From Candidatus Endomicrobiellum trichonymphae (lineage in GTDB: Bacteria > Elusimicrobiota > Elusimicrobia > UBA1565 > UBA9628): a stretch of 43,471 bases of DNA. How positions within the stretch are numbered: the first letter of the stretch is position 1; each line of letters begins with the position of its first letter. This document shows positions 41,717 through 43,471 of this stretch, piece after piece. The stretch covers positions 1-43,471 of the forward strand of contig CALRXP010000001.1 in the NCBI GenBank assembly GCA_943372155.1, written 5' to 3'. Position numbers and translations under genes: made by a program. A model generated the notes under the pieces. The model saw only the letters and a program-made list of their open reading frames with translations. It was not told the origin of the DNA and did not search any database.

Positions 41717-42573
41717 GGCGCCGTCTCCTTCGCGGGCGCGGGCTTGGGCGTCGTCGCCGCGATCAGCTCGAGCGCCATGTCGGCGTCCTTGGCGCCTTCC
41801 TCAGCGCCGGGACGGCCTTTGGCGAACTTGACGAGATCGGCCCGGCTGAGCAATTCGCGGACCTTTCCGCCGACCTGAAGATCCTGGGCGCGGGCCTTGA
41901 CCAGCCGTTCGACCTCGACGCTGGTCATCGCGGTGACGGGCTGGCCGTAGCGCGCCTCGAGGTAGGCGCGCAGAATATCGGTGAGGCTCAGGTAATACGC
42001 GGCCTGATCGTTTTCCCAAAGGCCCGACGTGCGCAGCTTGGCGATCGCGCGGGCGGCGATTTGCTCCGGCGGCAGGAGCGGCGCGACCGGAATCGGCGTG
42101 CCGTCCGGCGCCAGCCGGCGCGCCTTCCAGCGCTTCCAGCCGTACCAGGCGGCTCCCAGCAGCGCGGCCGCCAGCAGCCAGGGCCACAGGGCCGGGCGAG
42201 CGCGGATCGGCTCCTTGATGTCGGCGATGTCCGCCTCGTCGCTGAGCGCGCTTTCGCTCACGGCGAACGTCGCCGGCGGAGCGGCAACGGCCTTTCCGTC
42301 GGCCGCGACGAAGCGCGCGACAAAGGACCGGGTTCCGGTCGAAATGGGCAGGAGGGTCCAGGACCAGGCGCCGTCTTTCTCGAACGCGTGGACCACGGCG
42401 AAGTCGTCGGTATTGGAGCCCTCGATGTCGGCCTTGAGCCCCGCGGGCGCGCCGCGGTAAACGATGCTCGTCTCGCCGGTCAGCACGGCGACGGACGAGG
42501 CGGCGACCGTCCAAGAGCCTTCCTGCGCCAGGGCGGGCAGAGCGAGGAACAGCGTCAGCGCCAGCGATCTCAC
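41713..42573 (-). CDS. DUF4381-like membrane protein with an extra N-terminal secreted domain
   Basis: 286 aa, GTG start overlapping the DUF58 stop. Signal peptide MRSLALTLFLALPALA, a beta-rich domain of about 110 aa, TM PALWPWLLAAALLGAAWYGW, then AIAKLR...YYLSLTDILRAYLEARYG as in the DUF4381 proteins of Bat operons. Confidence 0.7.
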   Translation of the reverse strand: MRSLALTLFLALPALAQEGSWTVAASSVAVLTGETSIVYRGAPAGLKADIEGSNTDDFAVVHAFEKDGAWSWTLLPISTGTRSFVARFVAADGKAVAAPPATFAVSESALSDEADIADIKEPIRARPALWPWLLAAALLGAAWYGWKRWKARRLAPDGTPIPVAPLLPPEQIAARAIAKLRTSGLWENDQAAYYLSLTDILRAYLEARYGQPVTAMTSVEVERLVKARAQDLQVGGKVRELLSRADLVKFAKGRPGAEEGAKDADMALELIAATTPKPAPAKETAP

Positions 42574-43448
42574 CGGCTCCTCCGTTTCGCGCGCCGGCGG
42601 AAAAACGCGAGGAGCGGGTCGAGGGAGGGCTTGTCGGTTGTCACCGTCACGGCTTCAAGCCCGCTCGACCGGAAAGTCTTGGCCAGGTTCGCGCGCCGGG
42701 CGGATTCCTCTCGCGCGAACTCCGCCGCGTCGCCGCGGAGGTCGAAGAAGCCCTCGGCGCCTGTCTCCGGATCGCGCACCGCGACGATCGCGGAGGCGGC
42801 GGGCAGCGACGATTCGCGCGGGTCCTCGATGACGACGGGAATCAGGTCGTGCTTGAGCGCGCAGAGCTTCAGGGCGCGCTCGAAGCCCGCGTCGCGGAAA
42901 TCGGAGACGAGGACGACGATGCAGCGGCGCTTGAGCATGCGCGTCAGCCGGTCGAGCGAGGGGCCGATCGCCGTTTTGCGGCCCCGCGGTTCGAAGGCCA
43001 GAATCTCGCGGATGACGGCGAGCACGTGGCGCCGGCCTTTGCGCGGCGGCAGCCAACGCTCGAGGCCGTCGGTGAATACGGCGAGGCCGACCTTGTCGTT
43101 GTTCTGGAGGGCGGCGAAAGCGAGCGCCGCGCCGACCTCGACCGCGGCCTCGCGCTTAAGGCGGTCCGCCGAGCCGAACGACTGCGACGCGGACAGGTCG
43201 ACGGCGATGACGACGGTCAGCTCCCGCTCCTCCACGTACTGGCGGACGAAGGGCTTGCCCGCGCGCGCGCTGACGTTTCGGTCGATGTCGCGAGGGTCGT
43301 CGCCTTCCGCGTACTCGCGCACCGAGGCGAACTCCATCCCCCTTCCTTTGAAAACGCTCAGGTAGTCTCCGGAGAAGCTCTCCGAGACGAGGCGGCCGGT
43401 GACGATCTCCAACCGGCGAACTTGAGCGAGGATTTCTTGAGGGAGCAT
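42570..43448 (-). CDS. DUF58 domain protein (MoxR-associated, VWA-like)
   Basis: 292 aa. GDYLSVFKGRGMEFASVREYAEGDDPRDIDRNVSAR and VIAVDLSASQSFGS match the DUF58 family found downstream of MoxR ATPases. Confidence 0.85.
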   Translation of the reverse strand: MLPQEILAQVRRLEIVTGRLVSESFSGDYLSVFKGRGMEFASVREYAEGDDPRDIDRNVSARAGKPFVRQYVEERELTVVIAVDLSASQSFGSADRLKREAAVEVGAALAFAALQNNDKVGLAVFTDGLERWLPPRKGRRHVLAVIREILAFEPRGRKTAIGPSLDRLTRMLKRRCIVVLVSDFRDAGFERALKLCALKHDLIPVVIEDPRESSLPAASAIVAVRDPETGAEGFFDLRGDAAEFAREESARRANLAKTFRSSGLEAVTVTTDKPSLDPLLAFFRRRAKRRSR

Positions 43449-43449
43449 A

Positions 43450-43471
43450 TCAGGTGGGGTCAGGCTTTCTG
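43450..43471 (-). CDS. 3' end of an upstream gene (a MoxR-type AAA ATPase expected by operon context only)
   Basis: The minus-strand frame reads ...RKPDPT then TGA at 43452-43450, 1 nt before the DUF58 ATG. Only 7 codons are visible, so the product is inferred from Bat operon synteny alone. Confidence 0.3.

Noticed and set aside
1-43471. Mobile elements, prophage genes or defence systems (transposase, integrase, restriction-modification, toxin-antitoxin, reverse transcriptase).
   Set aside because: No ORF in any frame shows the corresponding catalytic motifs. The only island-like stretch is 18254-20210, described above.

Overview
This is a visibly GC-rich bacterial chromosomal window, apparently from a diderm (two outer-membrane beta-barrel genes, a Bat/MoxR aerotolerance operon, pilT). 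It is almost fully coding with housekeeping genes, and many neighbours are joined by ATGA/GTGA start-stop overlaps. Layout, left to right: dapB (-), a TPR gene plus a secreted beta-helix gene (+), tRNA-Glu and tRNA-Lys (-), and two coupled envelope genes (-). A 12.8 kb plus-strand block follows (murB-ftsQ-ftsA-ftsZ-pilT-dNK-pgeF-hisC-cmk-plsC-rpsA-TPR-lysA-small membrane protein). After it comes a roughly 2 kb mostly non-coding region (18254-20210), and then a long minus-strand block. That block runs, in transcription order, fur-ASCH-miaB-pilZ-miaA-speE-like-hflX-plsY-gpsA-nuclease-HU-merR-2x tRNA-Pro-acyP-sigma-apt-tRNA-Arg-yfgM-like-2 porins-hypothetical. The window ends with a complete minus-strand DUF58-DUF4381-batA-batB/C-batD-batE operon. 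The most interesting part is where the two large opposed gene blocks converge. There I find an 84-bp-period degenerate tandem repeat array, an AT-rich patch carrying a 28-bp sequence very close to known XerC/XerD dif sites, and a small orphan winged-helix-like gene. That gene's AT-rich upstream region has helically phased 11-bp repeats, followed by about 480 bp of GC-rich non-coding DNA with a 19-bp palindrome. I read this as the replication terminus with a possibly undescribed terminus-associated module; that reading is inference. Other oddities are an apparent frameshift in batA, a batB-batC fusion, no canonical start codon at the expected ftsZ N-terminus, pilT translationally coupled to ftsZ, and a PilZ gene plus a membrane spermidine-synthase-like gene where hfq sits in the classical miaA-hfq-hflX arrangement. 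All product calls come from motif recognition by eye on the supplied translations; no database search was possible. Many long ORFs in the track are antisense or out-of-frame shadows typical of GC-rich DNA and were discarded.
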